NCBI GenBank assembly: GCA_045546615.1
Contig: JAZQDD010000023.1
Location: 40,296 to 104,295 of the forward strand
DNA from: Eubacteriales bacterium
GTDB lineage: Bacteria; Bacillota; Clostridia; Oscillospirales; CAG-272
Length of the DNA stretch: 64,000 bases
Direction of reading: 5' to 3'
Both the position numbers and the translations under genes were made by a program. The notes under the pieces are model-generated. The model worked only from the letters and a program-made list of their open reading frames with translations. It was not told the DNA's origin and did no database searches. Below are positions 8,821 through 18,687 of this stretch, piece after piece. The stretch's first letter is position 1, and each line of letters opens with the position of its first letter.

Positions 8821-9238
8821 CGCTATCAAGGCAAGCATAGACACTTCCGCCCTGCCGGACCTCGCCTCCCCCACCGCTTCAGCGCTTGCTTACCTCGGGG
8901 ACGCGGTGCTTGAGCTTCTCGTGCGCGAGATGCTCGTGGTGCGAGGTCTTTGTGCATCGGCAAGCCTTAACAGCGCCGCGCTTGGCTACGTCAAGGCATC
9001 GGCACAATCCGAAGCTGTGGAAAGACTTCTCCCACACCTTACCGAGCGCGAGGAAGCAATATACAAGCGCGGAAGAAACGCAGGCCACGGCAAAAATACG
9101 CCAAAGAGCGCAAGCGTTGCCGAATACCGTCGCGCAACGGGGCTTGAGTGCCTTTTCGGTCAGCTTTATCTTGACGGCAATTCCGAACGTATGCGAGAGC
9201 TTTTTGCGCTCGCCTATCCAAAAGAAAATAATTTATAA
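8813..9238 (+). CDS. mrnC: Mini-ribonuclease III
   Basis: LAYLGDAVLEL, KRGRNA, YRRATGLECLFG. Confidence 0.9.
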   Translation: MADAIKASIDTSALPDLASPTASALAYLGDAVLELLVREMLVVRGLCASASLNSAALGYVKASAQSEAVERLLPHLTEREEAIYKRGRNAGHGKNTPKSASVAEYRRATGLECLFGQLYLDGNSERMRELFALAYPKENNL

Positions 9239-9251
9239 AGAGGTAATAGAA

Positions 9252-9752
9252 ATGGCAAACCCAAAAATTGAGATCGTTGTAAAAAATTTCGGCACTATGA
9301 CCGCCGAGCTTTACCCCGAGCTTGCCCCCAAGACCGTTGAAAACTTCCTTTCCCTTATTGACAGGAACTTCTTTGACGGACTCATTTTCCACCGCATAAT
9401 AAAGGGCTTTATGATTCAGGGCGGCGGATACGACGAGAAATTTGACCACCGCGAGGCAGAGTCCATAAACGGCGAATTTGCCGCAAACGGCTTTATGCAG
9501 AACACATTAAAGCACACTCGCGGAGTGCTTTCCATGGCTCGTACGTCCGACCCCAATTCCGCATCCTCACAGTTCTTCGTAATGCATCAGGATGCTCCCC
9601 ATCTCGATGCTCAATACGCAGGCTTCGGTCTTGTAACCGACGGTCTTGACGTGCTTGACAAGATAGCAAGCGTAAAGACGGGAAGCATCGGCTTCTATAT
9701 GCAGGACGTTCCGCGCGAGGCAGTGGTTATAGAAACCATCCGCAGAGTTTGA
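9252..9752 (+). CDS. Cyclophilin-type peptidyl-prolyl isomerase
   Basis: APKTVENF, FHRIIKGFMIQGG, SMAR, ASSQFF. Confidence 0.93.
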   Translation: MANPKIEIVVKNFGTMTAELYPELAPKTVENFLSLIDRNFFDGLIFHRIIKGFMIQGGGYDEKFDHREAESINGEFAANGFMQNTLKHTRGVLSMARTSDPNSASSQFFVMHQDAPHLDAQYAGFGLVTDGLDVLDKIASVKTGSIGFYMQDVPREAVVIETIRRV

Positions 9753-9875
9753 CGGAGTTTTTGAAAAACAGAGAAGATTCAATGGATTTTCTCTGTTTTT
9801 TCTTTATTTTATATTGATTTATTAGTTGATTTATAGTATAATAATTTAAATATTTATTTTTCAAGGAGCTTTGTT

Positions 9876-10424
9876 ATGGCTGATTTCAATGCCCCATACG
9901 AATACGTCGTAGCGCAAAGATCGGAAGGAAAATGGCGCACCCGCCGTATCCTTCTTATAATGCTTTATATAATCTACCCCATTTTCGCCCTCGTCATAGG
10001 CTTTCTCACAAGACTCGGCGTGCCAATGCTATGCTTCATTCCTGTCAGCGAATGGATGCTAATTTTCTTTACTTGGAGATTCGTTAAGATAGAATACGAA
10101 TATTCCGTAGTGTCGGGCGTGCTGACGTTTTCCGTCATATACGGCGGACGCTCGCGCCGCGAAAAGCTCTCTTTCCCACTTCGCTCCGCTACGCTCATCG
10201 CGCCGCTGGGATACCGTATGCACGAGGACAAGCTCGAGCTTTTTGACCCCGAAATTACCTATTCCGCTATTGGAAGCTCCGACAGTCCCGACAAATATTT
10301 CGCCATTTTCACTAACGATGATGGCAAAAGATGCGCCTTTTACTTCGAGGCAACCGAACGCATGGTAAAGATATGCCGCTTCTACAACGCCGCGGCTACC
10401 GTAGTAACAAAGGTAAGATACTGA
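9876..10424 (+). CDS. Hypothetical membrane protein (DUF6106-like)
   Basis: Two N-terminal TM helices followed by IEYEY. Confidence 0.65.
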   Translation: MADFNAPYEYVVAQRSEGKWRTRRILLIMLYIIYPIFALVIGFLTRLGVPMLCFIPVSEWMLIFFTWRFVKIEYEYSVVSGVLTFSVIYGGRSRREKLSFPLRSATLIAPLGYRMHEDKLELFDPEITYSAIGSSDSPDKYFAIFTNDDGKRCAFYFEATERMVKICRFYNAAATVVTKVRY

Positions 10425-10906
10425 TGGAAAGAATAGCTTCATTTACCGTTGACCACGACCTTCTTTGCGAAGGAATATACGTCAGCCGCGTCGATGGCGA
10501 CATAGTGACGTACGACCTGCGTATGCGCCGTCCCAATGCGGGCGATTACATCTCCCCGCTTGCCGCACATTCTCTTGAGCATTTGCTTGCGACCTATATG
10601 CGCGCGGGGGAGGCAGGCGAGCGCGTAATATACGTCGGTCCCATGGGTTGCCGCACGGGCTTTTACCTCTTGATGAGGGGAAGTACGGATGACAACGAAA
10701 AAAATCTCTCCGCGCTGAAGGATGCGCTCAAAAAAATAACAAAGCACACGGGCGCTATGCCCGGAGCAAGGCGGCGCGAGTGCGGAAACTACCGCGCCCT
10801 CTCCGTAGCCGCCGCCAAGGCTGAAGCGGCACGTTACCTCGATGCGCTCAACTCCCGCGGGCAGACCTTTGCCTACTCGGGTGACGTGCTTGAGGGCGGA
10901 ATATAA
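10424..10906 (+). CDS. luxS: S-ribosylhomocysteine lyase
   Basis: SFTVDH, HSLEH, GPMGCRTGFY, CGNY. Confidence 0.95.
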   Translation: MERIASFTVDHDLLCEGIYVSRVDGDIVTYDLRMRRPNAGDYISPLAAHSLEHLLATYMRAGEAGERVIYVGPMGCRTGFYLLMRGSTDDNEKNLSALKDALKKITKHTGAMPGARRRECGNYRALSVAAAKAEAARYLDALNSRGQTFAYSGDVLEGGI

Positions 10907-10930
10907 AAAAGCAAGTTGGTTTGTATAATT

Positions 10931-11644
10931 ATGGAAAAAAAGTGTACAATAGGAATAATAGTTGCAATGCGCTCCGAGCTTGAAAAGCTCTCGTCTCTTA
11001 TCGAAGACTCAACAACAGAGAGGATAGGCGCGCACGAATTTATAAGCGGAAAGCTCGCGGGGCGTGACGTTGTTCTCGTCTGTTGCGGCGTCGGCAAGGT
11101 AAACGCCGCAGCCTCTGCCGCCGAGCTGATAATGCGCTACTCCCCCGACGCCGTGGTAAACACGGGCGTAGCGGGCGGTCTTGCCGCGGGGATGCGTGTT
11201 GGCGATATCGTCGTTGCCGACGGAGCTGTTGAGCATGACCTTGATTACGGCGAGCTCGGCGACGAGCGAGGAATGATATTCTTTCCCGACGGGCGCGAGG
11301 AAAAGCTCCTTGCCGCCGACGAAAAAACCGCCGATGCACTATATCGCGCCGCCGAAAAATCAGAACTGCGCGTGTGCCGCGGCATAGTTGCCTCGGGTGA
11401 CGTTTTTGTAAGCGACAGCAAGAAAAAACAAGATATAATTGACACCTTTGGTGCAGTTGCCTGCGAAATGGAAGGCGCGGCGATAGCGCACGTTTGCCGC
11501 CTTTTCGACGTTCCGTTCGGCATCTTGCGCTCTATTTCAGACTGCGCCAACGAGGACTCCCCCTTGGATTTTCCGACCTTTGTAAAGCTCGCCGCCGATA
11601 ACGCGGCAAACGTTATACTAAACTATCTCGACTGTCTGACCTGA
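10931..11644 (+). CDS. mtnN: MTA/SAH nucleosidase
   Basis: GVGKVNAA, NTGVAGG, CEMEGAAIAH, RSISD. Confidence 0.93.
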   Translation: MEKKCTIGIIVAMRSELEKLSSLIEDSTTERIGAHEFISGKLAGRDVVLVCCGVGKVNAAASAAELIMRYSPDAVVNTGVAGGLAAGMRVGDIVVADGAVEHDLDYGELGDERGMIFFPDGREEKLLAADEKTADALYRAAEKSELRVCRGIVASGDVFVSDSKKKQDIIDTFGAVACEMEGAAIAHVCRLFDVPFGILRSISDCANEDSPLDFPTFVKLAADNAANVILNYLDCLT

Positions 11645-11675
11645 TACAATTTTATCCGAAGAAAGGATACCTAAA

Positions 11676-13364
11676 ATGGGTAAGAAGCCAAAATACTACG
11701 ATTCCAAAAAATGTGATAATATTCGCTCCATGCTGCGTTCGTCCGAGCGTCTTTTCGGCTCACGCATAGCATTTATGCAAAAAAAGAGCGGAGTGTATGA
11801 AAACACGACGTATTCAGAATACCGCGATATGATAGAGGGGCTCGGCACGGAGCTTTATGCGCGCGGATATGCAGGCGGCCGCATCATCGTAATGGGTGAC
11901 AACTCCATAGAATGGGCTACCGTATATATGGCAACCGTTTGCGGTCTTGGTGTCATCGTTCCCGTTGACAAGGAGATACCCGCCGAGGAACTTCGCAACA
12001 TCGCAAAGATCAGCGAAGCGCGCGCAATATTCTGTTCCTCTTACCTAAAGGACAAAACCGAGGGGCTTGGTATAGATATCTTCACCTTCGATGAAATACA
12101 CCCGCTCATCGCATCGGGCGCAAAGCGTCTCAAACGCGGAGAGCGCGATTATCTGCGCCTGCCCATAAACAACGATGCCATGTCCATCCTTATTTTCACC
12201 TCGGGAACAACGGGAGTTTCAAAGGGTGTTATGCTTTCCCACAGAAATATCTGCTACACCCTGTCCGAGATCTCCACAATGATAGAGGCAGATTGCAATG
12301 ACAGAGTCCTCTCGATACTGCCAATGCACCACGTTTACGAGGCAACTTGCGGCTTCCTTTTCGTATTGAGCATCGGCGGCTCTATCGCCTTTGCCGAGGG
12401 ACTTCGCTATATTACCCGAAATATCCAAGAGGTCAAGCCCACTGCCCTTTTCTGCGTGCCGATACTGCTTGAAACCATATATCACAAAATATGGGCGAAC
12501 ATCAAGCGCAAGGGCATTGAGAAAAAAGTGCGCAACGCAATAAAGCTGACGGGTAAAAATATGCGTCTGAAACGCCGTATTTTTTCCGAAATACACGATT
12601 CCCTTGGCGGAAACCTCAGAATAATCATGTGCGGCGGCGCGGCGGCTGACCCAATCGTTATAAAGGGTATGCGCGACCTCGGATTCCTCACGCTTCAAGG
12701 CTACGGTCTTACCGAATGTGCGCCCATTGCCGCAGTAAACAAGGATGATTATTTCCGTGACGATTCCGCAGGTCTTGCAACACCGCACAGCGTGCTTGAT
12801 ATATACGACGTTCAAAACGATGGCACGGGAGAAATACGTGTCAAGGGAGACAACGTAATGCTCGGCTATTACGGCGACCCCGAGCTTACGGCAAAAACCG
12901 TACGCGACGGCTGGCTGTATACGGGCGACCTCGGATACATCGACGCCGACGGATTTTTGCATATAACAGGCAGAAAGAAGAACGTTATCGTTACTGCGGG
13001 CGGAAAGAATATCTTCCCCGAGGAGCTTGAGACCTACCTTTGCCGCAGTGAATTCGTTGACGACGCTATAGTTGTGGGCTACGTCAATGAATCCAAGGGA
13101 GACTACGACATAGTCGCAGTTCTCTACCCCAACGATGCCGCATTTACGGAAACGTACGGCAGGGGATATTCACAAGGACAGATAGAGGCTGAATTCTCCA
13201 AGGCTGTGGAGGATGCCAACGCTCTTGTTCAGGACTATAAGCGTATACACTTCTTCGTCACAAGACAGGAAAAATTCGACAAGAATTCTTCAAGAAAAAT
13301 ACGCCGTGCCGGCGTTGCCGAGGAGGCACAGGCGGAATATCTGCGTAAGCTTGCAAGAAGATGA
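11676..13364 (+). CDS. AMP-binding long-chain acyl-CoA synthetase
   Basis: FTSGTTGVSKG, GYGLTE, TGDLG. Confidence 0.88.
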   Translation: MGKKPKYYDSKKCDNIRSMLRSSERLFGSRIAFMQKKSGVYENTTYSEYRDMIEGLGTELYARGYAGGRIIVMGDNSIEWATVYMATVCGLGVIVPVDKEIPAEELRNIAKISEARAIFCSSYLKDKTEGLGIDIFTFDEIHPLIASGAKRLKRGERDYLRLPINNDAMSILIFTSGTTGVSKGVMLSHRNICYTLSEISTMIEADCNDRVLSILPMHHVYEATCGFLFVLSIGGSIAFAEGLRYITRNIQEVKPTALFCVPILLETIYHKIWANIKRKGIEKKVRNAIKLTGKNMRLKRRIFSEIHDSLGGNLRIIMCGGAAADPIVIKGMRDLGFLTLQGYGLTECAPIAAVNKDDYFRDDSAGLATPHSVLDIYDVQNDGTGEIRVKGDNVMLGYYGDPELTAKTVRDGWLYTGDLGYIDADGFLHITGRKKNVIVTAGGKNIFPEELETYLCRSEFVDDAIVVGYVNESKGDYDIVAVLYPNDAAFTETYGRGYSQGQIEAEFSKAVEDANALVQDYKRIHFFVTRQEKFDKNSSRKIRRAGVAEEAQAEYLRKLARR

Positions 13365-13393
13365 CATTTTGACATTAAGGAAGGGATAAGACA

Positions 13394-14005
13394 ATGCATA
13401 TTTCAATAACAGGACGGCTCGGCAGCGGTAAATCCACCGTGGCAAAGCTCCTTGCCGAAAGTGAGGGCTTTGAGATTTACAGCACGGGAGCTATACAGCG
13501 CAGGATAGCCGCAGAAATGGGGCTTACCACGCTCCAGATGAATCAGCTTATGAACAGCGACCACAAATATGACCACATGCTTGACGATACGGTTACAAAA
13601 ATATCTCTTGAGCGTGCGGCTGACACATTGCTTTTCGATTCACGAATGGCTTGGCATTTTGCTCGCGGCAGCTTCAAGGTCTATCTTTTCGTAGATACCG
13701 CAGTAGCGGCACGCCGCGTTATACGCGACTGCCGCGGCGACGTGGAATGCTATGCATCCGTTGATGATGCAATCGAACAGCTTAATGCGCGAATGCTTGT
13801 GGAAAACGCAAGATACCGCGAGCTTTACGGTGTTGACCACCTTGACCTCAATAATTTTGACCTCGTGGTAAACACCGAGAACATATCCCCCGAAAAAACT
13901 TGCGAAATAATCATGAGCGAGTTTAATGAATATTGTAAAGATCCCGATGCTTACGCGCGCCCACGTATGTTCTATATGGATGGCGCAAAAACTTCGGTAA
14001 AATAA
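13394..14005 (+). CDS. Cytidylate kinase-like protein (archaeal-type)
   Basis: ITGRLGSGKST P-loop; DSRMAW; RYRELYG. Confidence 0.75.
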   Translation: MHISITGRLGSGKSTVAKLLAESEGFEIYSTGAIQRRIAAEMGLTTLQMNQLMNSDHKYDHMLDDTVTKISLERAADTLLFDSRMAWHFARGSFKVYLFVDTAVAARRVIRDCRGDVECYASVDDAIEQLNARMLVENARYRELYGVDHLDLNNFDLVVNTENISPEKTCEIIMSEFNEYCKDPDAYARPRMFYMDGAKTSVK

Positions 14006-14023
14006 TAAAATGAGGTTCAAATA

Positions 14024-15457
14024 ATGTATGACGTTCTCATTGTCGGGTGTGGCGTAACAGGCGCTGCCACCGCCTACGCTCTTGCAAAATACGACCTCAA
14101 GGTTGGCATCATTGAGCGTTTCAACGATGTTGCCTGCGCTACGACAAAGGCCAACAGCGCAATAATGCACGCAGGATACGACCCCAAGCCCGAGTCACGC
14201 ATGGCTCCGCTTAACCGCCGCGGCATCGCTATGGCAAAGGAGATATGCGACAAACTGCACGTCGAGTACAAGCCCATGCAATCCCTTGTTATCGCCTTCA
14301 ACGAACACGATATGAAAGAGGTGCATGCTCTTTATGAGCGCGGACTTGCAAATGGCGTAAACGTCAAGGTTCTTGACCGCGACGAGCTGATAAAGGCAGA
14401 GCCTGCCATCAACCCCGATGCTATCGGTGCACTTTGGTCTGATGATTCAGCTATAATCAACCCCTGGGAATTTGCAACCGCTATGGCAGAGGTTGCCGTA
14501 CTCAACGGTGCGGAACTGATGCTTTCAACAAAGGTCGAAAATATAATAAAGGAAGAAAACTGTCTCACCGTAGTTACCGACAAGGGCGAGCTAAAAACCC
14601 GCTATATCGTGAACGCCGCAGGTACGCACTCCGCTGATATCTGCCGTATGGTAGGCGATGACAGACTGACGCAGACCAATGTTTCGGGACAGTACTTTGT
14701 ACTTGACAAGGCAGAAGGCGCAAAGGTCAATTCCGTAATTTTCCGTTGTCCCGACGAAAACGGCTTCAAGGGTATACTTGTCGCCCCCACCGTTCACGGC
14801 AACTTGATAGTAGGTCCTGATGCCACCCCCGCACGCGACGGAGACGACGTAAGAACAACCGCCGACATCCTTGCGATGCTCAAAGCACGCGGACTTGAAT
14901 CCGTACCGTCAATAAATTACCGCAATATTATCCGTCAGTACGCAGGCGTGCGCCCCACGACGCAGATAAAGGACTTCACCATCGACATCAGCCCCGCGTG
15001 CGAGCGAATGATAAACCTTGCGGGAATGTGTTCCCCCGGACTCTCCTCTGCTCCCGCAGTAGGCGAGGAAGCGGCAAAACTTCTTGCAGAGGCAGGACTT
15101 GAGCTTAACGCAAAGAGTGATTTCAAAAACGAACGTCCGCCCGTGGTGCATCTTGCAAGCATGAGCGCCGAGGAAAAGCGCGAGCTGATTGCCAAAAATC
15201 CCGCATACGGTAAAATAATCTGCCGTTGTGAGACCGTCACCGAAGGCGAGATAGTCGATGCTATCCACCGCCCCATCACACCTCGCTCCATCGATGCAGT
15301 AAAACGCCGTTGCCGCGCGGGCATGGGACGCTGTCAGGGCGGCTTCTGCTCCCCCAGAGTGCATGAGATACTCTCACGCGAGCTTGGTATCCCCATGGAG
15401 GAGATACCGCTTGACAAGGACGGCTCCTTTATTATCACGGGAAAAACCAAGGCGTGA
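14024..15457 (+). CDS. FAD-dependent oxidoreductase with BFD-like [2Fe-2S] domain (glycerol-3-phosphate dehydrogenase-like)
   Basis: IVGCGVTG, TTKANSAIMHAG, ICRCE...RAGMGRCQGGFC. Confidence 0.85.
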   Translation: MYDVLIVGCGVTGAATAYALAKYDLKVGIIERFNDVACATTKANSAIMHAGYDPKPESRMAPLNRRGIAMAKEICDKLHVEYKPMQSLVIAFNEHDMKEVHALYERGLANGVNVKVLDRDELIKAEPAINPDAIGALWSDDSAIINPWEFATAMAEVAVLNGAELMLSTKVENIIKEENCLTVVTDKGELKTRYIVNAAGTHSADICRMVGDDRLTQTNVSGQYFVLDKAEGAKVNSVIFRCPDENGFKGILVAPTVHGNLIVGPDATPARDGDDVRTTADILAMLKARGLESVPSINYRNIIRQYAGVRPTTQIKDFTIDISPACERMINLAGMCSPGLSSAPAVGEEAAKLLAEAGLELNAKSDFKNERPPVVHLASMSAEEKRELIAKNPAYGKIICRCETVTEGEIVDAIHRPITPRSIDAVKRRCRAGMGRCQGGFCSPRVHEILSRELGIPMEEIPLDKDGSFIITGKTKA

Positions 15458-15466
15458 GGTGCTGCT

Positions 15467-16735
15467 ATGGAAAGAAATTATGACGTAATTATAATCGGCG
15501 GAGGTCCCGCCGGTCTTGCCGCCGCTGTTTCCGCATACGAGAACGGAGCCAAAAAGCTCCTTGTTATCGAGCGTGACCGCGAAGTTGGCGGTATTCTGAA
15601 CCAATGCATACACAACGGTTTTGGACTTCACCATTTTGGTGAGGAGCTGACGGGCCCCGAATACGCAGGCCGCTTTGCCGCTATGGTGGCAAAGACGGAC
15701 GCGGAGGTTGTCACTGACACAATGGTGCTTGGTGTTTCCGACGAGGGCGAGTGCCGCAAGGTGTGCTGCATCAGCCCCGAGCGCGGATACTGTGAGTACA
15801 CCGCAGGCTCCGTGGTGCTTTGCATGGGCTGCCGTGAGCGCACAAGAGGCGCGATAGCTATCCCCGGCGACCGTCCCGCAGGTATCTTTTCCGCAGGCAC
15901 TGCGCAAAGATACGTCAATATGGAGGGCTATATGGTCGGCAAACGAGTAGTAATACTCGGCTCGGGCGATATCGGTCTTATCATGGCACGCCGTATGACT
16001 CTTGAGGGCGCAAAGGTGCTTGCTTGCGTTGAGCTTTGTCCCTACTCAAACGGACTTAACCGCAACATCGTCCAGTGCCTCGAGGACTACGGCATTCCGC
16101 TGTATCTCTCACACACCATCACGGACATCGTGGGTAATGGAAGAGTTGAAAAAGTCATCGTATCAAAGGTCGACGGCGGCAGACCTATCGCGGGAACGGA
16201 ATTTGAGATAGAATGCGACACGGTATTGCTATCCGTCGGACTCATCCCCGAGAATGAGCTTTCCCGCGGCGCAGGAATTGAGATTGATCCCCGTACGAAC
16301 GGACCCGTGGTATATGAAAATATGCAGACCATGACCAACGGTATATTTGCGTGCGGAAATGTTGTACACGTTCACGACCTCGTTGACTTTGTCAGCGCCG
16401 AGAGCATCCGCGCGGGAAAAGCCGCCTCTGAATTTGCTTCGGGCAAGCGCGTTGGCGGAGACGTCATTACCGTGAAAAACGGCGACGGAGTAAACTACAC
16501 CGTTCCGCAGAAAATACGTCCCGAAAACGTTGACAAGGGTGTCGAGATATTCTTCCGCACCAACCGCCCCCGTCATGACTCCATAATAAAAGTCCTCTCG
16601 GGCGATACCGAGATATGCAAGTTCTCACGAGAGCACATGGCTCCGGGTGAGATGGAAAAGATACGCATCCCTTCCGTTCTGCTCGCAAAGGCGCAGGGCG
16701 AAATAAAGGTGAGCGTTGAGGATAAGGAGGCGTAA
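15467..16735 (+). CDS. NAD(P)/FAD-dependent oxidoreductase, partner subunit
   Basis: IGGGPAG, GGILNQCIHNGFG, GSGDIGLIMARR. Confidence 0.85.
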   Translation: MERNYDVIIIGGGPAGLAAAVSAYENGAKKLLVIERDREVGGILNQCIHNGFGLHHFGEELTGPEYAGRFAAMVAKTDAEVVTDTMVLGVSDEGECRKVCCISPERGYCEYTAGSVVLCMGCRERTRGAIAIPGDRPAGIFSAGTAQRYVNMEGYMVGKRVVILGSGDIGLIMARRMTLEGAKVLACVELCPYSNGLNRNIVQCLEDYGIPLYLSHTITDIVGNGRVEKVIVSKVDGGRPIAGTEFEIECDTVLLSVGLIPENELSRGAGIEIDPRTNGPVVYENMQTMTNGIFACGNVVHVHDLVDFVSAESIRAGKAASEFASGKRVGGDVITVKNGDGVNYTVPQKIRPENVDKGVEIFFRTNRPRHDSIIKVLSGDTEICKFSREHMAPGEMEKIRIPSVLLAKAQGEIKVSVEDKEA

Positions 16736-16736
16736 A

Positions 16737-17081
16737 ATGAAGGAACTTATCTGTATAGTATGCCCCAAGGGCTGTCACCTTACCGTTGATGAGGAAAACG
16801 GCTACGCCGTAAGCGGAAACAACTGTCCGCGCGGCGAGGAATACGGTAAAAACGAAGTTATCGCACCAAAGCGCACTATCACATCTACGGTCAAGATAAA
16901 CGGCGGACTCTATCCCCGTATGCCTGTCAAGACAGACAAACCAATCCCCAAGGAATTAATATTTGAGGCTATGAAGTTGCTTGATGACGTCGAGCTTACA
17001 GCCCCCGTAAAAGTCGGAGACATCATTATAGAAAACGTTCTCGGCACGGGAGCAAACTTCGTTGCAGCGCGAAATATGTAA
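16737..17081 (+). CDS. DUF1667 Cys-rich protein
   Basis: CIVCPKGC...CPRG; the usual third gene of this trio. Confidence 0.85.
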   Translation: MKELICIVCPKGCHLTVDEENGYAVSGNNCPRGEEYGKNEVIAPKRTITSTVKINGGLYPRMPVKTDKPIPKELIFEAMKLLDDVELTAPVKVGDIIIENVLGTGANFVAARNM

Positions 17082-17120
17082 AAAAATACCGCAGAGAGCA
17101 AGCTCTCTGCGGTATTTTTT
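17081..17120. terminator. Bidirectional intrinsic terminator
   Basis: AAAAAATACCGCAGAGAGC-AA-GCTCTCTGCGGTATTTTTT between convergent genes. Confidence 0.85.
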
Positions 17121-17832
17121 ATTCTTCGGGATTCTGCTTTCTTGCCGCCTGAACAAAGGCATCAAAGATGGCGCGAGAAACTCTGTCCTCCTCATATAGC
17201 ATCTCGGGGTGCCACTGCACTCCGAGGGCAAAGCGCCCCATAGCGCGCTTTAGCTCTATTGCCTCTATCGTGCCGTCATCTGCACAGGCTGTGACCTTGT
17301 ACCACGGCGAGACTTCCTTTATCGCCTGATGATGGAAGCTGTTTATCCGGATGCGTTCATCTCCCGCAAGGCGCAAAAGCAGGCTGTCGGGCGCAAGATT
17401 TACGCTATGCGGACGGCAGTTTCTCGGTTCGGTCTGCCTGTGTCCCTCCATGTGCTGTATCAGCGAGCCGCCGCACGCCACGTTAAGCACCTGAATTCCG
17501 CGGCAAATTGCGAGAAGGGGCTTGGGACTTGCCTTGAGTTCCTCAAGCAGAGCAAGCTCAAACTCGTCTCTCGCGGCACATATCTCAACGTCATCTCCCG
17601 TGACATCCTCACCGTAATACTTCGGATCAATATCCACACCGCCCGCAAAGAGAAAACCGTCGAACTCGCTGTGTATCTCCTTTGCCTTATCAGCGCCGAG
17701 AGTGTACGGCAAAAACACGGGCATTCCGCCCGCTTCATAAACGGCTGTAAAATAATTCTGATTCATTTTTATAGTTCTATCCTCGACCATTGAGGAAGTT
17801 ATGCCTATAAGCGGCCTCGTTTTCTTTTTCAT
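17119..17832 (-). CDS. Peptidase C26 / gamma-glutamyl-GABA hydrolase family glutamine amidotransferase
   Basis: GGVDIDP, AICRGIQ, NSFHHQ, GVQWHPE. Confidence 0.9.
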   Translation of the reverse strand: MKKKTRPLIGITSSMVEDRTIKMNQNYFTAVYEAGGMPVFLPYTLGADKAKEIHSEFDGFLFAGGVDIDPKYYGEDVTGDDVEICAARDEFELALLEELKASPKPLLAICRGIQVLNVACGGSLIQHMEGHRQTEPRNCRPHSVNLAPDSLLLRLAGDERIRINSFHHQAIKEVSPWYKVTACADDGTIEAIELKRAMGRFALGVQWHPEMLYEEDRVSRAIFDAFVQAARKQNPEE

Positions 17833-17952
17833 ATTTACCTCTAAACATAAGCATGATGTTATTATTATACAACAAATATCTTCACGTTGCAACAAAAAAT
17901 ATTTTTATCTGCTTTTTTATTTTTTACAAGTCAATAACAAACCATATAAAAC

Positions 17953-17981
17953 TTGACAAATTTACTTTTTTGTGCTATGAT
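17953..17981 (+). promoter_or_regulatory. sigmaA promoter with extended -10
   Basis: TTGACA-17-TATGAT preceded by TG. Confidence 0.7.
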
Positions 17982-18057
17982 TTATGTTAAAATCAGCATG
18001 GGAAATCCCGTGTTTGCACGACAAAAGCTCGTTTGAGCAAAAGCAAAGGAGAGCATT

Positions 18058-18666
18058 ATGAAATCAGCACGCAAAAACCAAGAAATGATAAAAAGGCTTA
18101 CACTCGTAGCTATGTTTACAGCAATCGTTGCCATGCTTGCCTACATGGGCGGCTTTATTAAAATAGGAGCTACCGCTTCTATTTCCCTGACCTTGATCCC
18201 CATCGTGCTTGGCGGCGCTATCTGCGGCCCGCTCGTAGGCGCGTGGCTGGGCCTTGTCTCGGGCGCAATATTCTTCGCAACAGCGGACGCCGCTTATTGG
18301 CTCGGCTTGAGCGTGGGGGGGACTATCGTGACCGTTCTTCTCAAGGGGCTTTTCGCAGGTCTTTTGGCTGCACTCGTTTTCAAGCTTCTGGAAAAAGTCA
18401 ACCGCTATTTGGCAATACTCGTCAGCGCTATAGTAGCACCCGTCATTAACACCTCTCTCTTTATTCTGGGATGCTTCATCTTTTTCTTTGATAACACGGT
18501 CGCAGGTGCCGCAAGCGCGGGTCAATCACTGTTTGTTTTTATTATGGTAGGTTACATTGGCTTGAATTTCATATTGGAGCTGTTAGCCAATATTCTCATC
18601 AGCCCTGCACTCTTGCGTATCTTGAATATCAAGAACGGCAAGATCGGAAACAAAAACAACGCATAA
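18058..18666 (+). CDS. ECF transporter S component (PanT-like)
   Basis: Hydrophobic ~200 aa; AMFTA motif; IPIVLGGAICGP. Confidence 0.75.
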   Translation: MKSARKNQEMIKRLTLVAMFTAIVAMLAYMGGFIKIGATASISLTLIPIVLGGAICGPLVGAWLGLVSGAIFFATADAAYWLGLSVGGTIVTVLLKGLFAGLLAALVFKLLEKVNRYLAILVSAIVAPVINTSLFILGCFIFFFDNTVAGAASAGQSLFVFIMVGYIGLNFILELLANILISPALLRILNIKNGKIGNKNNA

Positions 18667-18687
18667 GCGTTTCCGCAAAAATCGCAA

